Below, piece after piece: positions 47,067-57,559 of a DNA stretch of 64,000 nt. The stretch is from Bacillota bacterium (GTDB lineage Bacteria > Bacillota > Desulfitobacteriia > Desulfitobacteriales > JAJXUE01). Under the pieces are notes generated by a model. That model did no database searches. It saw nothing but the letters and a program-made list of their open reading frames with translations, and was not told where the DNA came from. A program made the translations under genes and the position numbers. Location: positions 111,055 to 175,054 of the forward strand of contig JAJXUE010000001.1 of the NCBI GenBank assembly GCA_021783135.1, written 5' to 3'. Every line of letters starts with the position of its first letter. Position 1 is the stretch's first letter.

Positions 47067-48047
47067 TTGGAAAGAGAGCTAGCCCTGGAGTTTTGCCGGG
47101 TTACTGAAGCAGCTGCGCTGGCTTCTGCCCGTTGGGTAGGCAAAGGCGATAAAGAGGCGGCGGATGATGCTGCTGTGGAAGCGATGCGTTCAGTGTTCGA
47201 CACTGTGAATATTGACGGGGTAGTTGTTATCGGTGAAGGAGAAATGGATGAGGCTCCTATGCTCTATATTGGCGAAAAAGTTGGACTGGGTGTCGGCTAT
47301 CCGCAAGTGGACGTTGCTGTTGATCCTCTCGAAGGTACCAATGTAGTAGCCAAAGGAGTGACTGGTGCGATTGCGGTTTTGGCAGTGGCCGAACGCGGTT
47401 GTCTGCTGCATGCGCCTGACATGTATATGGACAAATTGGCAGTTGGACCGCTGGCTGCAGGCTCAATCAATATTGATGCTACGGTTGCTGAGAATTTGAA
47501 GAATGTTGCTAAAGCCTTGCATAAAGGAATTGCTGATTTGACTGTAGTTATTCTGGATAGACCGCGGCACGCCGGTATTATTGAACAGGTGCGTGAGTGC
47601 GGTGCCCGGATTCGGTTGATTTCTGACGGCGATGTTTCCCCGGCTGTGGCGTGTGCCTTTCCCGAAACCGGTGTTGATATCATGATGGGAATTGGTGGTG
47701 CACCTGAAGGAGTTTTAGCTGCGGCAGCGCTGAAGTGCTTGGGCGGTGAAATGCAAGGCCGGTTGTGGCCGGAAAATGAAGTCGACATCGAACGGGCGCA
47801 TAAGCTAGGCATTGATGACGTGAATAAATTGTTGACTATGGAAGACTTGGTAAAGGGTGACGATGTTATCTTTGCTGCAACCGGCATTACGGAAAGCAGT
47901 TTGCTTGAGGGTGTCAGGTATACAGCCGAAGGAGCTTATACCCATACCTTGATTATGCGGGGCAAAACAGGTACAGTAAGATTTATTAAGGCCCAACATC
48001 GTTTTGATAAGAAGCCTGCTTATGCCATCAAAGGTGCTCGAGTATAA
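47067..48047 (+). CDS. glpX: Class II fructose-1,6-bisphosphatase GlpX
   Basis: TTG 47067 lies 8 nt after GGGGAGGG and gives [29 protein letters not shown], like B. subtilis GlpX. The alternative start is ATG 47040. Confidence 0.9.
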   Translation: MERELALEFCRVTEAAALASARWVGKGDKEAADDAAVEAMRSVFDTVNIDGVVVIGEGEMDEAPMLYIGEKVGLGVGYPQVDVAVDPLEGTNVVAKGVTGAIAVLAVAERGCLLHAPDMYMDKLAVGPLAAGSINIDATVAENLKNVAKALHKGIADLTVVILDRPRHAGIIEQVRECGARIRLISDGDVSPAVACAFPETGVDIMMGIGGAPEGVLAAAALKCLGGEMQGRLWPENEVDIERAHKLGIDDVNKLLTMEDLVKGDDVIFAATGITESSLLEGVRYTAEGAYTHTLIMRGKTGTVRFIKAQHRFDKKPAYAIKGARV

Positions 48048-48081
48048 CTTGACGGAACATTTTTCAATATGTATACTATTG

Positions 48082-48116
48082 AAAAAACCTTCTTCCCGAC
48101 AGAAGAAGGTTTTTTC
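48082..48116 (+). terminator. Intrinsic terminator after glpX
   Basis: Stem AAAACCTTCTTC / GAAGAAGGTTTT followed by a T-run. Confidence 0.85.
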
Positions 48117-48136
48117 CGGTTACTTAGGGGGAAGGC

Positions 48137-48622
48137 ATGAAAAAATTCCGGCGAGCCATCCGTTATTATTTACTTAAATTTTTACGGTTGCAAGGTACGC
48201 CTGCGAAAGTGGCGTTTGGTTTTGCTCTAGGCGCCTGTGTGAACTTTTATCCAACATTCGGTGTGGGTGTAATCGTTGCAGGATTGTTGGCGAGCGCTTT
48301 TCGTGTCAGCATTGCTGCCGGGTTGCTCGGCGATTTGACCTTTAAATCTTTATTTCCGGTGTTTTTTTATTTTAATTTGGTCGTGGGAGATAGTTTGCTT
48401 GGTCAGCGGCATAGGCATATAATCTTTTCCCTAGAGAAGTTGATGTCCTTTAAACACCCGGATTTTGCTGTTTTAAGATTGTTTGGCAAGGCATTTTTGG
48501 TGGGGGCATTAGTGAATACACTCTTGTTCGGACTTCTCGCGGCAGGAGTGGTTTATTTGATTTTTGCAAAATACAGGCCGTATTTAGTTCGCTATGTCTT
48601 TCATCTGAAAAAAAAGGGATAG
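48137..48622 (+). CDS. DUF2062-like membrane protein
   Basis: 161 aa. It has a basic N-terminus, the GTPAKVAFGFALGACVNFYPTFG motif, and 3-4 TM segments. Confidence 0.6.
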   Translation: MKKFRRAIRYYLLKFLRLQGTPAKVAFGFALGACVNFYPTFGVGVIVAGLLASAFRVSIAAGLLGDLTFKSLFPVFFYFNLVVGDSLLGQRHRHIIFSLEKLMSFKHPDFAVLRLFGKAFLVGALVNTLLFGLLAAGVVYLIFAKYRPYLVRYVFHLKKKG

Positions 48623-48635
48623 AAATCGCTGCAGA

Positions 48636-48680
48636 TTGGTAATAATATGCGGGAATGGTCTTTTTAGGCCTTATTACCAA
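48636..48680 (+). other. Perfect 10-bp inverted repeat TTGGTAATAA...TTATTACCAA with a 25-nt loop
   Basis: Read directly. It is intergenic, between the DUF2062 gene and the LysM/M23 gene, and could be a terminator or regulatory stem. Confidence 0.4.
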
Positions 48681-48701
48681 ATGCAGAGGTGAGACCCGAC
48701 A

Positions 48702-49535
48702 ATGAACAAATTTGGCAGAGTTGTACTAGTAGCAGTACTGGCCGCGTTACTACCGGTGCTTCTATTTTGCTTAAATTCAGCAGCAGCTCAAATTACTGTT
48801 TCTCAACCCGATCCAGTGGACTATTTAGTTGCGGTGGGAGATGACTTGTGGACGATTGGAGCGCGCCTTGGCGTAAGTTCTTATGATATCGCCGTAAGCA
48901 ATCATTTGGAGTTGTCACAGCCGCTTCAGGTGGGCCAACATCTTGTACTGCCTGCGCCCATTTCAAGTCATATTGTCCTTGAGGGCGAAAGCTTGTGGTC
49001 CATAGCCAAACAAAACGGAATTTCCGTCTCGGCGCTAATTCAGGCTAACCAGGTTACCAATCCGGACCAACTAAATGTCGGCCAACGTTTGTATTTGCCT
49101 GATCAGCCTATAAACCGAAGCAAGGTTAGCTTGCTGCACACCGGTTTTGCCTTTCAATGGCCAATCATGGGAGAGATAACCTCTACATACGGTCAACGCC
49201 GCAATGATTTCCATACAGGTATTGATATCGCAGCAGATAAGGGCAAACCTATTGCCGCAGCGGCTGCAGGCACAGTAGTTTTTACAGGGTGGAGCAATGG
49301 TTATGGTCAAGCCGTCAAAATTGTGCATGGCGATGGATACGAAACGCTGTACGCGCATACGTCTAAAATACTGGTAAGCACCGGACAACAAGTAGGAAAG
49401 GGTCAGATTATTGCCGATGTGGGCAGTACGGGAAACTCTACCGGACCGCATTTACATTTTGAAGTACGGTTGAATGGGAAGGCGGAGAATCCGCTTTACT
49501 ACTTGCCAAGTTCTACCTTAGCATCAAATTACTAA
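48702..49535 (+). CDS. Secreted 2xLysM plus M23 (LytM-type) peptidoglycan endopeptidase
   Basis: Signal peptide. Two LysM repeats (YLVAVGDDLWTIG and HIVLEGESLWSIA). M23 motifs HTGIDIAA and GSTGNSTGPHLHFEV. Confidence 0.88.
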   Translation: MNKFGRVVLVAVLAALLPVLLFCLNSAAAQITVSQPDPVDYLVAVGDDLWTIGARLGVSSYDIAVSNHLELSQPLQVGQHLVLPAPISSHIVLEGESLWSIAKQNGISVSALIQANQVTNPDQLNVGQRLYLPDQPINRSKVSLLHTGFAFQWPIMGEITSTYGQRRNDFHTGIDIAADKGKPIAAAAAGTVVFTGWSNGYGQAVKIVHGDGYETLYAHTSKILVSTGQQVGKGQIIADVGSTGNSTGPHLHFEVRLNGKAENPLYYLPSSTLASNY

Positions 49536-49550
49536 ACCTGATAAAATTTG

Positions 49551-49580
49551 TTGACTCTACTTACATATCCGTGTTAGAAT
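49551..49580 (+). promoter_or_regulatory. Sigma-A-like promoter of rpmE
   Basis: TTGACT, 18 nt spacer, extended -10 TGtTAGAAT. Confidence 0.6.
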
Positions 49581-49622
49581 GTAAAAAGTTGACTGACCTT
49601 ACTGGAAAAGAAGGTGAATGCG

Positions 49623-49823
49623 TTGAAAGAAAAAATTCATCCTCAGTATGAGGAAACCCAAATCAGTTGTGTTTGCGGTGCAGTAATTCCCACTCGATCC
49701 ACTTCGAAGAACATTAAAGTTGAAGTGTGTTCGAATTGTCATCCCTTTTACACTGGCAAGCAGCGTTTTATTGATGCCGGTGGTCGGGTAGATTCCTTTA
49801 AGAAAAAATATGGCTTGAAATAA
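49623..49823 (+). CDS. rpmE: 50S ribosomal protein L31 (zinc-binding type A)
   Basis: TTG 49623 lies 6 nt after GAAGGTG and gives [13 protein letters not shown]...[10 protein letters not shown] supplies the four Cys. Confidence 0.93.
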   Translation: MKEKIHPQYEETQISCVCGAVIPTRSTSKNIKVEVCSNCHPFYTGKQRFIDAGGRVDSFKKKYGLK

Positions 49824-49853
49824 CAACGGCCTGCGGTCGTTGCTTAGTTGAGG

Positions 49854-49880
49854 GGGCAGAGCGCAAGCTCTGCCCTTTTT
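49854..49880 (+). terminator. Intrinsic terminator after rpmE
   Basis: Stem GGGCAGAGC, loop gcaa, stem GCTCTGCCC, followed by TTTTT. Confidence 0.85.
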
Positions 49881-50027
49881 CGGCTATTGGCAAATGGAAT
49901 ACTTACACTACTTTAGGTCAAGAGATTTTTACTGCCGGCCCGGATCTGACAGGATACCAGGGGGTTAAAAGCGAAATAATGCAGTAGAGTGCCGTCGTCG
50001 TAGATTGGGACTGGGAAGGAGAAAAGA

Positions 50028-50903
50028 ATGAGTAAACCCGTAAGTTACGGGGGCCAGGCTCTCATTGAAGGAGTAATGATGCGAGCTCCGAAGGATATTG
50101 CGATGGCTGTAAGATTACCGGATGGTAATATTAATGTAGAACGTCAGCCGATTAAACCTTGGTCAGCTTATCCGGTGCTAAAGTTGCCCGTTATCAGGGG
50201 TTTTGTGGCCTTGCTTGACTCTCTGGTTGTCGGAATGAAAGCGCTTAGCTATTCGGCTGGCATGGCCGCAGAGGGTCAAGGGGAAGAAATCAAACCTTTT
50301 GAAATGCTGCTCACGATTGTTGTTTCTTTAGGTTTAGGCTTGCTGCTATTTGTCGCGCTGCCTACCGGTATGGCGAATTTGGTTAAAGCTTTTGTGCCTG
50401 GAGTTTTGTTGCAGAATATTTTAGAAGGGGTACTTCGGTTGGGCATATTCTTGCTCTATGTTGTGGCGATATCCCGCATGAAGGATATTCAAAGGGTATT
50501 CCAATACCATGGTGCCGAGCATATGGCAATATTTACGTACGAAGAGGGTTTAGATTTGACGGTCGATAACGCCCGGCAATTTACCACCCTGCATCCCCGT
50601 TGTGGAACTAGCTTTTTGTTAATCGTCATGGTTGTCAGCATTGTTGTGTTCGCTTTTTTGCCACTTGGGCCTTTGTGGCTAAGGTTAGTGTCAAGGCTTT
50701 TGGCCATGCCACTAGTTGCCGGCATCGCCTACGAGTTTCTCAAGTTGTCTGGTAACTATTGTAAGTCGCGTTGGTTTCGTTGGGCAATTGTGCCGGGGCT
50801 TTGGTTGCAAAAACTCACCACAAGTCAGCCGGATGACAGCCAATTAGAAGTAGCATTAGCAGCATTGAAGTCAATTGTTGAAAGTGGGCAAGAGTTGTCT
50901 TAA
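50028..50903 (+). CDS. DUF1385 (YqhQ-like) membrane protein
   Basis: YGGQALIEGVMMR N-terminus and a HGAEHM motif. It lies in the conserved position upstream of prfA in Clostridia. Confidence 0.7.
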   Translation: MSKPVSYGGQALIEGVMMRAPKDIAMAVRLPDGNINVERQPIKPWSAYPVLKLPVIRGFVALLDSLVVGMKALSYSAGMAAEGQGEEIKPFEMLLTIVVSLGLGLLLFVALPTGMANLVKAFVPGVLLQNILEGVLRLGIFLLYVVAISRMKDIQRVFQYHGAEHMAIFTYEEGLDLTVDNARQFTTLHPRCGTSFLLIVMVVSIVVFAFLPLGPLWLRLVSRLLAMPLVAGIAYEFLKLSGNYCKSRWFRWAIVPGLWLQKLTTSQPDDSQLEVALAALKSIVESGQELS

Positions 50904-50925
50904 TAATAAATACCTGAGGTGAAAC

Positions 50926-51993
50926 ATGTTAGAAAAACTTCAAGCCCTAGAAGAAAAATATGATAATTTAACCGATCTGCTCAGTGATCCTGCGGTTATT
51001 GCAGATCAGGGAGAATTTCAAAAATATGCCAAGACCCAATCCGGTTTGGTAGATATTGTAGAGAAATTTCGTGAATATAAGGAAATTTTAGCCAATATTG
51101 CGGAAACGGAGTTAATGCTCCAAGACAAACTTGAGCCTGACATGAAGGGGATGGTTTTGGCGGAGTTAGAAGAACTGAGAGCGCGGCAGCTAGAGCTGAA
51201 TGCTGAACTAGAGGTTTTGCTGTTGCCGAAAGACCCTAACGACGACAAAAACGTTATTGTGGAAATTCGCGGCGGTGCCGGCGGTGATGAAGCTGCACTT
51301 TTCGCTGCTGACTTATACAGAATGTATTCCCGCTATGCTGAAAGGCAGGGTTGGCGTACTGAGATGCTAGGTTCTAACCCTTCAGATTTAGGTGGGTTTA
51401 AAGAAATAATTTTTGCGGTTGAGGGTCAAGGGGCGTATAGTAAACTTAAGTTTGAAAGTGGAGTACATCGGGTACAGCGGATCCCTTCGACTGAGTCGGG
51501 CGGCCGTATTCATACTTCCACTGCAACAGTAGCAGTACTGCCGGAAGCTGAGGAAGTGGATGTTGAGATTAATCCTAACGACTTAAGAGTAGATATTTTT
51601 TGCTCGAGCGGACCTGGTGGACAGTCAGTTAACACCACTCAATCAGCCGTACGCATAACGCATATTCCTACAGGTATTGTAGTTTCCATGCAGGATGAAA
51701 AATCACAGCACAAAAATAAGGATAAAGCCTTAAAAGTTTTGCGAGCGCGCTTACAGGAAAAAGCCATGGAAGAACAAGCGGCAGAAGTAGGATCAACCCG
51801 CAAAAGTCAAGTGGGGACCGGTGACCGCAGTGAACGCATCAGAACCTATAATTTTCCGCAAGGACGCGTTACAGACCATAGAATCGGTCTAACTTTGCAC
51901 AAATTGGATATGATTTTATTGGGCGATTTGGAAGATGTTATCATAGCCTTAATCACCAGCGATCAGGCGGAACGGCTTAAAGCTACGGAGTAA
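50926..51993 (+). CDS. prfA: Peptide chain release factor 1
   Basis: PST codon-recognition tripeptide and [11 protein letters not shown] (GGQ) motif. Confidence 0.97.
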   Translation: MLEKLQALEEKYDNLTDLLSDPAVIADQGEFQKYAKTQSGLVDIVEKFREYKEILANIAETELMLQDKLEPDMKGMVLAELEELRARQLELNAELEVLLLPKDPNDDKNVIVEIRGGAGGDEAALFAADLYRMYSRYAERQGWRTEMLGSNPSDLGGFKEIIFAVEGQGAYSKLKFESGVHRVQRIPSTESGGRIHTSTATVAVLPEAEEVDVEINPNDLRVDIFCSSGPGGQSVNTTQSAVRITHIPTGIVVSMQDEKSQHKNKDKALKVLRARLQEKAMEEQAAEVGSTRKSQVGTGDRSERIRTYNFPQGRVTDHRIGLTLHKLDMILLGDLEDVIIALITSDQAERLKATE

Positions 51994-52012
51994 GAAAAGG
52001 TGTTGAAAATAA

Positions 52013-52879
52013 TTGCTTGCACAAGCCAAGCCAGCTACTTGCCGAGCCGCCCTAGAATGGGCGGCTCGTTATTTAAATGATCATAATGTCACCATGCCGC
52101 GGCTAGATGCCGACCTGCTTTTGGCTGCCGCTTTGCAAACAGAGCGGATTAATCTTTACTTAGAGCCGCTGCGTGAATTGGCCGAGGGTGATTGGGAAAT
52201 ATTTAAAGCATTGGTTGAGCGGCGTGGCGAACGTGAACCGCTCCAATATATATTGGGTAAGCAGGAATTTATGACACTTGAGCTCGCAGTAAGTCCTGAT
52301 GTACTTATACCTAGAGCGGATACGGAGGTGCTGGTTGAGGCTGCTCTCAATTGGGCCGCAAGCCAGTCAGGCAGGTTAAATTTATTAGATTTATGCACCG
52401 GTAGCGGCGCAATTGCCATAAGTCTGGCGCACTTTCTCCCTCAGGCAGACGTATGGGCCGGAGATGTGTCTGCGGCTGCGCTTGAAGTGGCCAGGCATAA
52501 TGCTGAGCGCTGCACAGTAAATATAAACTTTGCCCTGGGCGACTTGACGGACCCGTTTGCTGGTCAAAAGTTTCATTTGATTACCGCTAATCCGCCATAC
52601 ATTCCCAGTCGCGAAATTGCGACTTTGCAACCGGAGGTAGCCTTGCGGGAACCCCGGCTCGCGCTTGATGGCGGGGAGGATGGACTAGACTTTTACCGAC
52701 GCCTAGCGGTTGAATTGCCGGAAGTATTGCTGCCTGGAGCGTTGATTTTGCTGGAGATAGGCTGGGATCAGGGAGAGTCTGTGCCAAAGTTGTTTCACGT
52801 ATCGGGTTATGAGGACATACAACTGCTAAAGGATCTTGGTGGGCGTGACCGGGTGCTTGCCGCGGTCTGGAGAAGATAG
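52013..52879 (+). CDS. prmC: Release-factor glutamine N5-methyltransferase PrmC (HemK)
   Basis: DLCTGSGAIA SAM-binding motif and ANPPYIP catalytic motif. It lies downstream of prfA. Confidence 0.92.
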   Translation: MLAQAKPATCRAALEWAARYLNDHNVTMPRLDADLLLAAALQTERINLYLEPLRELAEGDWEIFKALVERRGEREPLQYILGKQEFMTLELAVSPDVLIPRADTEVLVEAALNWAASQSGRLNLLDLCTGSGAIAISLAHFLPQADVWAGDVSAAALEVARHNAERCTVNINFALGDLTDPFAGQKFHLITANPPYIPSREIATLQPEVALREPRLALDGGEDGLDFYRRLAVELPEVLLPGALILLEIGWDQGESVPKLFHVSGYEDIQLLKDLGGRDRVLAAVWRR

Positions 52880-52913
52880 ATTTACTGTGCGCAGGTAAGA
52901 GTTTAGGTGGGGG

Positions 52914-53990
52914 ATGCAGACTATGGACGACAAAGTTAAAACACATTATATCAAGGTTGATCCTTGGCAGCCTGCGGAGACAGATATTGCGCAATGCGGC
53001 GAAATTATTCGGGCAGGGGGCTTAGTCGCCTTTCCAACGGAAACAGTATATGGACTGGGGGCTAATGCACTTGACCGCGAGGCCTGTAGGCGCATCTTTC
53101 AGGCCAAAGGCAGACCCCAGGATAATCCTTTAATTGTCCATATTGCGGATGCGCAGGATGTGCAGATGTTGACAAGAAGTGGGTCGACTCTGGCTGCACT
53201 GTGTATTGACAGGTTTTGGCCGGGGCCGCTAACCCTCGTGCTGCCAAAAGCAGCCCAAATTCCCCTTGAGGTTACAGCCGGACTTGATACTGTTGCCATC
53301 CGCATGCCGGACCATCCCGTTGCGTTAGCCTTGATTAAGCAAGCCGGTGTGCCGATTGCGGCTCCGAGTGCCAATCTTTCCGGGCGACCCAGTCCAACCT
53401 TGGCTGAGCATGTTCGGGAAGATTTAGGCGGACGCATTGATGCGATAATAGATGGTGGAGCGTGCCGGATTGGGCTGGAATCTACCGTGCTTGATCTGAC
53501 TGAGGCTGTACCGATAATTTTGCGACCGGGCGGGGTCTCACGTGAAGCCCTCGAAGCTATTTTGGGTAAGGTAAATCTTGACCCTGGAATCACTGATGCA
53601 GGTATGAAGCCGCGTTCACCGGGAGTTAAATACCAGCACTATGCCCCGCGCGGTCAAGTAATCTTAGTCGAGGGTGAACGCAGACTCGTGCAAGTCAGGA
53701 TTGAGACCGAATTATGCAAGGCCAGGGAGCAAGGACTTAAGGTAGGAATTTTAAGTTCAGAAGAGTCGGCAGCTTGCTATAAACAACTTAAGCCGGATTA
53801 TCTGGCTGTACTGGGTGCAAAGCAAGAACCGGGACAGGTTGCGGCAAAGCTTTACCACACGCTGCGGAGTTGTGATCATAATAATATTGATCTCATTTTG
53901 GCGGAAACCTTTGCCACCTCAGGCATGGGAGCGGCCGTTATGAATCGCATGGAGAAGGCGGCCGGATACCATCGGATAGTGGAAATCTAA
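52914..53990 (+). CDS. tsaC: L-threonylcarbamoyladenylate synthase (long YwlC/Sua5 form)
   Basis: FPTETVYGLGANA, KGRPQDNPLIVH and APSANLSGRPS motifs, plus a Sua5 C-terminal domain. Confidence 0.92.
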   Translation: MQTMDDKVKTHYIKVDPWQPAETDIAQCGEIIRAGGLVAFPTETVYGLGANALDREACRRIFQAKGRPQDNPLIVHIADAQDVQMLTRSGSTLAALCIDRFWPGPLTLVLPKAAQIPLEVTAGLDTVAIRMPDHPVALALIKQAGVPIAAPSANLSGRPSPTLAEHVREDLGGRIDAIIDGGACRIGLESTVLDLTEAVPIILRPGGVSREALEAILGKVNLDPGITDAGMKPRSPGVKYQHYAPRGQVILVEGERRLVQVRIETELCKAREQGLKVGILSSEESAACYKQLKPDYLAVLGAKQEPGQVAAKLYHTLRSCDHNNIDLILAETFATSGMGAAVMNRMEKAAGYHRIVEI

Positions 53991-54030
53991 AATCATGCAC
54001 CAGGGCATATAGTGGTATAGTATTAGCCGG

Positions 54031-54627
54031 ATGGGAGGTATCCGTATGGACGGATTTACGCTTCTGGCCGTGGCTGTGGCTCTCGGGACGGATGCTTTTT
54101 CGCTAGCTGTTGGTATGGGTTTAAATACACATCGCCGCCGGGAAATTATAATTTTTCCTCTGCTTGTGGCTTTGCTGCATGTTTTCATGCCGCTAACCGG
54201 TATGCTGTTAGGGCACTTGCTTGGCGAAATGCTAGGACACCTAACCCGCATCTTAGGCGGGGTAATTTTGATGTTCATTGGGGTTAAAGGTAGTTATGCC
54301 GCGGTGCGAAGTTCTGCGGCTGTCAGCTATTCCTTCCGCGCTGCGAGTGAGGCTATCCGGCCTGTCTCATCCCCCAACGGTCGCTCCTTGAGGATTTTGC
54401 TTGGTCTGGCGGTCGGAGTGAGTTTTGACGCGTTAAGTGTGGGTTTAGGCTTAGGAACTATAGGCGGTAAGATTGTTGGTGCGGTGCTCATCATGGGATT
54501 TGTAGCCGGGATAATGACGTGGATGGGTTTATGTCTGGGTAAATATTTAGGCGCTCGCATCGGCCAGAAGGCGGAACTTCTGGGCGGCTTGATTCTGGTC
54601 TTAATAGGTCTTAAGATAATAGTATAA
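54031..54627 (+). CDS. mntP: Manganese efflux pump MntP (DUF204)
   Basis: AVALGTDAFSLAVGMG and FDALSVGLGLG paired motifs with 6 TM segments. The start may be ATG 54046. Confidence 0.85.
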   Translation: MGGIRMDGFTLLAVAVALGTDAFSLAVGMGLNTHRRREIIIFPLLVALLHVFMPLTGMLLGHLLGEMLGHLTRILGGVILMFIGVKGSYAAVRSSAAVSYSFRAASEAIRPVSSPNGRSLRILLGLAVGVSFDALSVGLGLGTIGGKIVGAVLIMGFVAGIMTWMGLCLGKYLGARIGQKAELLGGLILVLIGLKIIV

Positions 54628-54654
54628 GTTGCTCGACTGTTTTGAGGTGGGAAG

Positions 54655-55095
54655 ATGAAGAGTTTACTGTTTATTTGTACAGGCAATACTTGCCGCAGCA
54701 GCATGGCTGAAGTTTTAGCAAGACAAGCTGCAGATACCGCACACCTAGATGATTGGGAATTTGCTTCGGCGGGTATTTCCGCCGTATCCGGTGCCCCTGC
54801 GTCGGAACATTCAATCAGGATCATGGCCGAATATGGTCTCAACTTAGCTGGACATCGGGCGCGACTGCTCAATAATTCGTTGCTTGAGGCTGCTGATTTA
54901 ATCTTGACTATGACTGTGTATCAGCGCAATATTCTGGCTCCACTGGCACCAGGGCGTGTCTACAGCTTATTGGAGTTCGCCTATGGCATGATGGGGGATA
55001 TTGCTGATCCTTTTGGGGGAAGTGTTGATATTTATCGCCAAGCTGCGATGCAAATCCGTGAGGCAGTTAAAAATGTGGTTAAACTTCTTGCCTAA
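54655..55095 (+). CDS. ywlE: Low-molecular-weight protein arginine/tyrosine phosphatase YwlE
   Basis: CTGNTCRS P-loop and DPFGGSVDIYRQ motif. It closely parallels B. subtilis YwlE. Confidence 0.9.
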   Translation: MKSLLFICTGNTCRSSMAEVLARQAADTAHLDDWEFASAGISAVSGAPASEHSIRIMAEYGLNLAGHRARLLNNSLLEAADLILTMTVYQRNILAPLAPGRVYSLLEFAYGMMGDIADPFGGSVDIYRQAAMQIREAVKNVVKLLA

Positions 55096-55217
55096 AGTTG
55101 GTATAGAATATTCCGGAAAGCGTTAAGACTAATTTTGACGCTTTCTTACAATTTATGCAGGTACTTAGGATAATTTGTAGAACATTATTCAACAGTTTGG
55201 TTAAGTTTAAGGAGTGA

Positions 55218-55682
55218 ATGGGATTGAAGCTGGCCATAGGTTCGGATCATGGTGGGTATCGCCTCAAAGAAGAAATTAAAAGCGAACTAAAATTACGCGA
55301 CATTGAGTCAGTGGATTTTGGCACCGACAGTCTAGAGTCCGTTGATTATCCTGATTTTGCTTTAGCTGTGGCTGAAGCGGTGGCTGCAGGAAAGTTTGAT
55401 TTAGGTATTATTTGTTGCGGTACAGGCTTGGGTGTTGCGATTACTGCCAATAAAGTTCCTGGCGTACGAGCCGCAGTGTGCCATGAGCCTTACTCCGCTC
55501 GGATGGCCCGTGAGCACAATGATGCCAATGTTTTGACTCTGGGCGAACGAGTAACAGGACCAGGCTTGGCTTTAGAGGTAGTGAATGCATTCCTCACGAC
55601 ACCATTTGCTGCGGGAAGACACGCTAAAAGGGTGGCAAAGATTGGGGAGATTGAAGCTAAATATATGGGTGTAAAGTCATGA
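55218..55682 (+). CDS. rpiB: Ribose-5-phosphate isomerase B
   Basis: KLAIGSDHGG N-terminus and GIICCGTGLGVAITANK motif. The start could be TTG 55224. Confidence 0.93.
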   Translation: MGLKLAIGSDHGGYRLKEEIKSELKLRDIESVDFGTDSLESVDYPDFALAVAEAVAAGKFDLGIICCGTGLGVAITANKVPGVRAAVCHEPYSARMAREHNDANVLTLGERVTGPGLALEVVNAFLTTPFAAGRHAKRVAKIGEIEAKYMGVKS

Positions 55683-56242
55683 GCCAATATGGTGAGGATT
55701 TAGCTAAAGCAATGCGCGAGTTGTTCAGTGTTGCCGGTTTTAAGTCCGGCCAGATTATTGTGATTGGGTGCAGCACCAGTGAGGTATTGGGAAAACATAT
55801 TGGTAAAGGGTCAAGCAAGGAACTGGGGGAGGAACTTTTTTCGGTTATTAACAAGCTTTGCCTGGAACAAGATCTTAAGCCAGCCTTCCAGTGCTGTGAA
55901 CATCTAAATCGCGCGCTCGTAGTCAACAGAGGAACAGCGGACAAGTATTCTTTACCAGAAGTTAGCGTGGTACCGGTTCCGGGTGCCGGTGGTTCAATGG
56001 CAGCAGCGGCTTTTCAGGGTCTTGTCGATCCTGTTGTAGTAGAGAGTATTCAAGCCCATGGGGGAATAGACATTGGCGATACTTTTATCGGCATGCATTT
56101 GAGGCCGGTGGCAGTACCGGTGCGCCTGAGTCTAGACCGGATTGGCCAAGCCCATCTTACCGTAGCAAGAACGCGTCCGAAGTTAATCGGCGGGGAGAGA
56201 GCAGTCTATCAAGTTGCCGATGCTTCATTGACTTGCTTTTAA
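55679..56242 (+). CDS. ywlG: UPF0340 / YwlG-family protein (TIGR01440-like)
   Basis: GQIIVIGCSTSEV motif. Its size and position between rpiB and glyA match Bacillus. Confidence 0.75.
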   Translation: MSQYGEDLAKAMRELFSVAGFKSGQIIVIGCSTSEVLGKHIGKGSSKELGEELFSVINKLCLEQDLKPAFQCCEHLNRALVVNRGTADKYSLPEVSVVPVPGAGGSMAAAAFQGLVDPVVVESIQAHGGIDIGDTFIGMHLRPVAVPVRLSLDRIGQAHLTVARTRPKLIGGERAVYQVADASLTCF

Positions 56243-56288
56243 AGGACTTAGTTTTTAAGCATAGCTATAACTGACAGGGGGAAATTTC

Positions 56289-57545
56289 ATGGATTACATT
56301 AAACAACTTGTCGCGCCTGTAGACGCGGAAGTAGCTGAAGCTATTGCACTTGAAGAAAAACGTCAACAGCAAAAAATTGAATTAATTGCCTCAGAAAATT
56401 TCGTTAGCCGTGCGGTAATGGCGGCACAAGGGTCAGTGTTGACCAATAAGTATGCGGAGGGATACCCGGGCAAAAGGTATTATGGCGGGTGTGAATATGT
56501 CGACATTGTCGAAAATTTAGCGCGTGAACGGGTTAAAACTTTGTTTGGCGCAGAACACGCTAATGTTCAGCCGCATTCCGGTGCACAGGCCAATACAGCA
56601 GTCTATGTGGCGGTGCTAAAGCCCGGCGACACTGTTTTAGGCATGAACCTTGCCCATGGCGGACATTTGACTCATGGTAGCCCCGTGAACATTTCGGGTA
56701 TGTACTTTAAGTTCGTGCCCTATGGCGTGGATCCCCAAACAGAGACAATTGATTATGATGAGGTAAGGCGGCTCGCCTTAGAACATCGGCCTAAGCTATT
56801 AGTTGCAGGGGCAAGTGCTTACCCGAGAACTTTAGATTTTCCTAAACTGCGTGCAATAGCCGACGAAGCAGGGTGTATGCTAATGGTAGATATGGCTCAT
56901 ATAGCTGGGCTTATTGCGGCCGGAGCTCATCCCAGCCCGGTTCCTTATGCTGATTTCGTTACCTCAACAACCCATAAAACGTTGCGTGGTCCCCGCGGCG
57001 GCATCATCCTCTGTCGGGAAAAGGATGCCCAGAAGATTGATAAGGCTGTATTCCCGGGTATCCAGGGCGGCCCATTAATGCATGTTATTGCCGCTAAGGC
57101 TATTGCGTTTAAGGAAGCCTTAGAACCTTCCTTTGGTGAGTACCAACACAAAATAGTCGCTAACGCTCAAAAACTGGCAGAAAGCCTTACGGCGCGTGGT
57201 TTCCGACTTGTGTCCGGCGGTACAGACAACCATTTGCTGCTGGTCGATGTACGTAATAAGCAAATCACCGGCAAACTGGCAGAAATTAGCTTGGATGAGG
57301 CCGGTATTACCGTTAACAAAAACGCAATTCCGTTTGACCCGGAGAGTCCGTTTGTGACCAGTGGCATTCGCATCGGCACAGCTGCGGTTACCACGCGGGG
57401 AATGGATCAACAGGCCATGGTTGATATCGCCCGTGCGATAGACTGTGTATTGACCTATCACGGTGTAACTGATAAACTGCAGGAGGCTCGCGCAATTGTG
57501 CGTGACCTTTGCGCGAAATTTCCGCTTTACCCCAATTTAGGGTAG
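56289..57545 (+). CDS. glyA: Serine hydroxymethyltransferase
   Basis: LIASENFVS motif and the [17 protein letters not shown]-lysine motif. Confidence 0.97.
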   Translation: MDYIKQLVAPVDAEVAEAIALEEKRQQQKIELIASENFVSRAVMAAQGSVLTNKYAEGYPGKRYYGGCEYVDIVENLARERVKTLFGAEHANVQPHSGAQANTAVYVAVLKPGDTVLGMNLAHGGHLTHGSPVNISGMYFKFVPYGVDPQTETIDYDEVRRLALEHRPKLLVAGASAYPRTLDFPKLRAIADEAGCMLMVDMAHIAGLIAAGAHPSPVPYADFVTSTTHKTLRGPRGGIILCREKDAQKIDKAVFPGIQGGPLMHVIAAKAIAFKEALEPSFGEYQHKIVANAQKLAESLTARGFRLVSGGTDNHLLLVDVRNKQITGKLAEISLDEAGITVNKNAIPFDPESPFVTSGIRIGTAAVTTRGMDQQAMVDIARAIDCVLTYHGVTDKLQEARAIVRDLCAKFPLYPNLG

Positions 57546-57559
57546 GAGGGTGATGACAG

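Noticed and set aside
47297-47887. Long antisense ORF within glpX (196 aa). Similar antisense ORFs lie at 30915-31586, 53099-53593, 54327-54872 and 57388-57846.
   Set aside because: All lie opposite strongly conserved housekeeping genes. They are Ala/Ser/Pro/Arg-rich as expected for antisense frames, and they lack SD sequences.
53991-54045. Expected yybP-ykoY manganese riboswitch upstream of mntP.
   Set aside because: Only about 40-55 nt separate tsaC from mntP, and I see no match to the conserved riboswitch core. mntP looks co-transcribed with tsaC.
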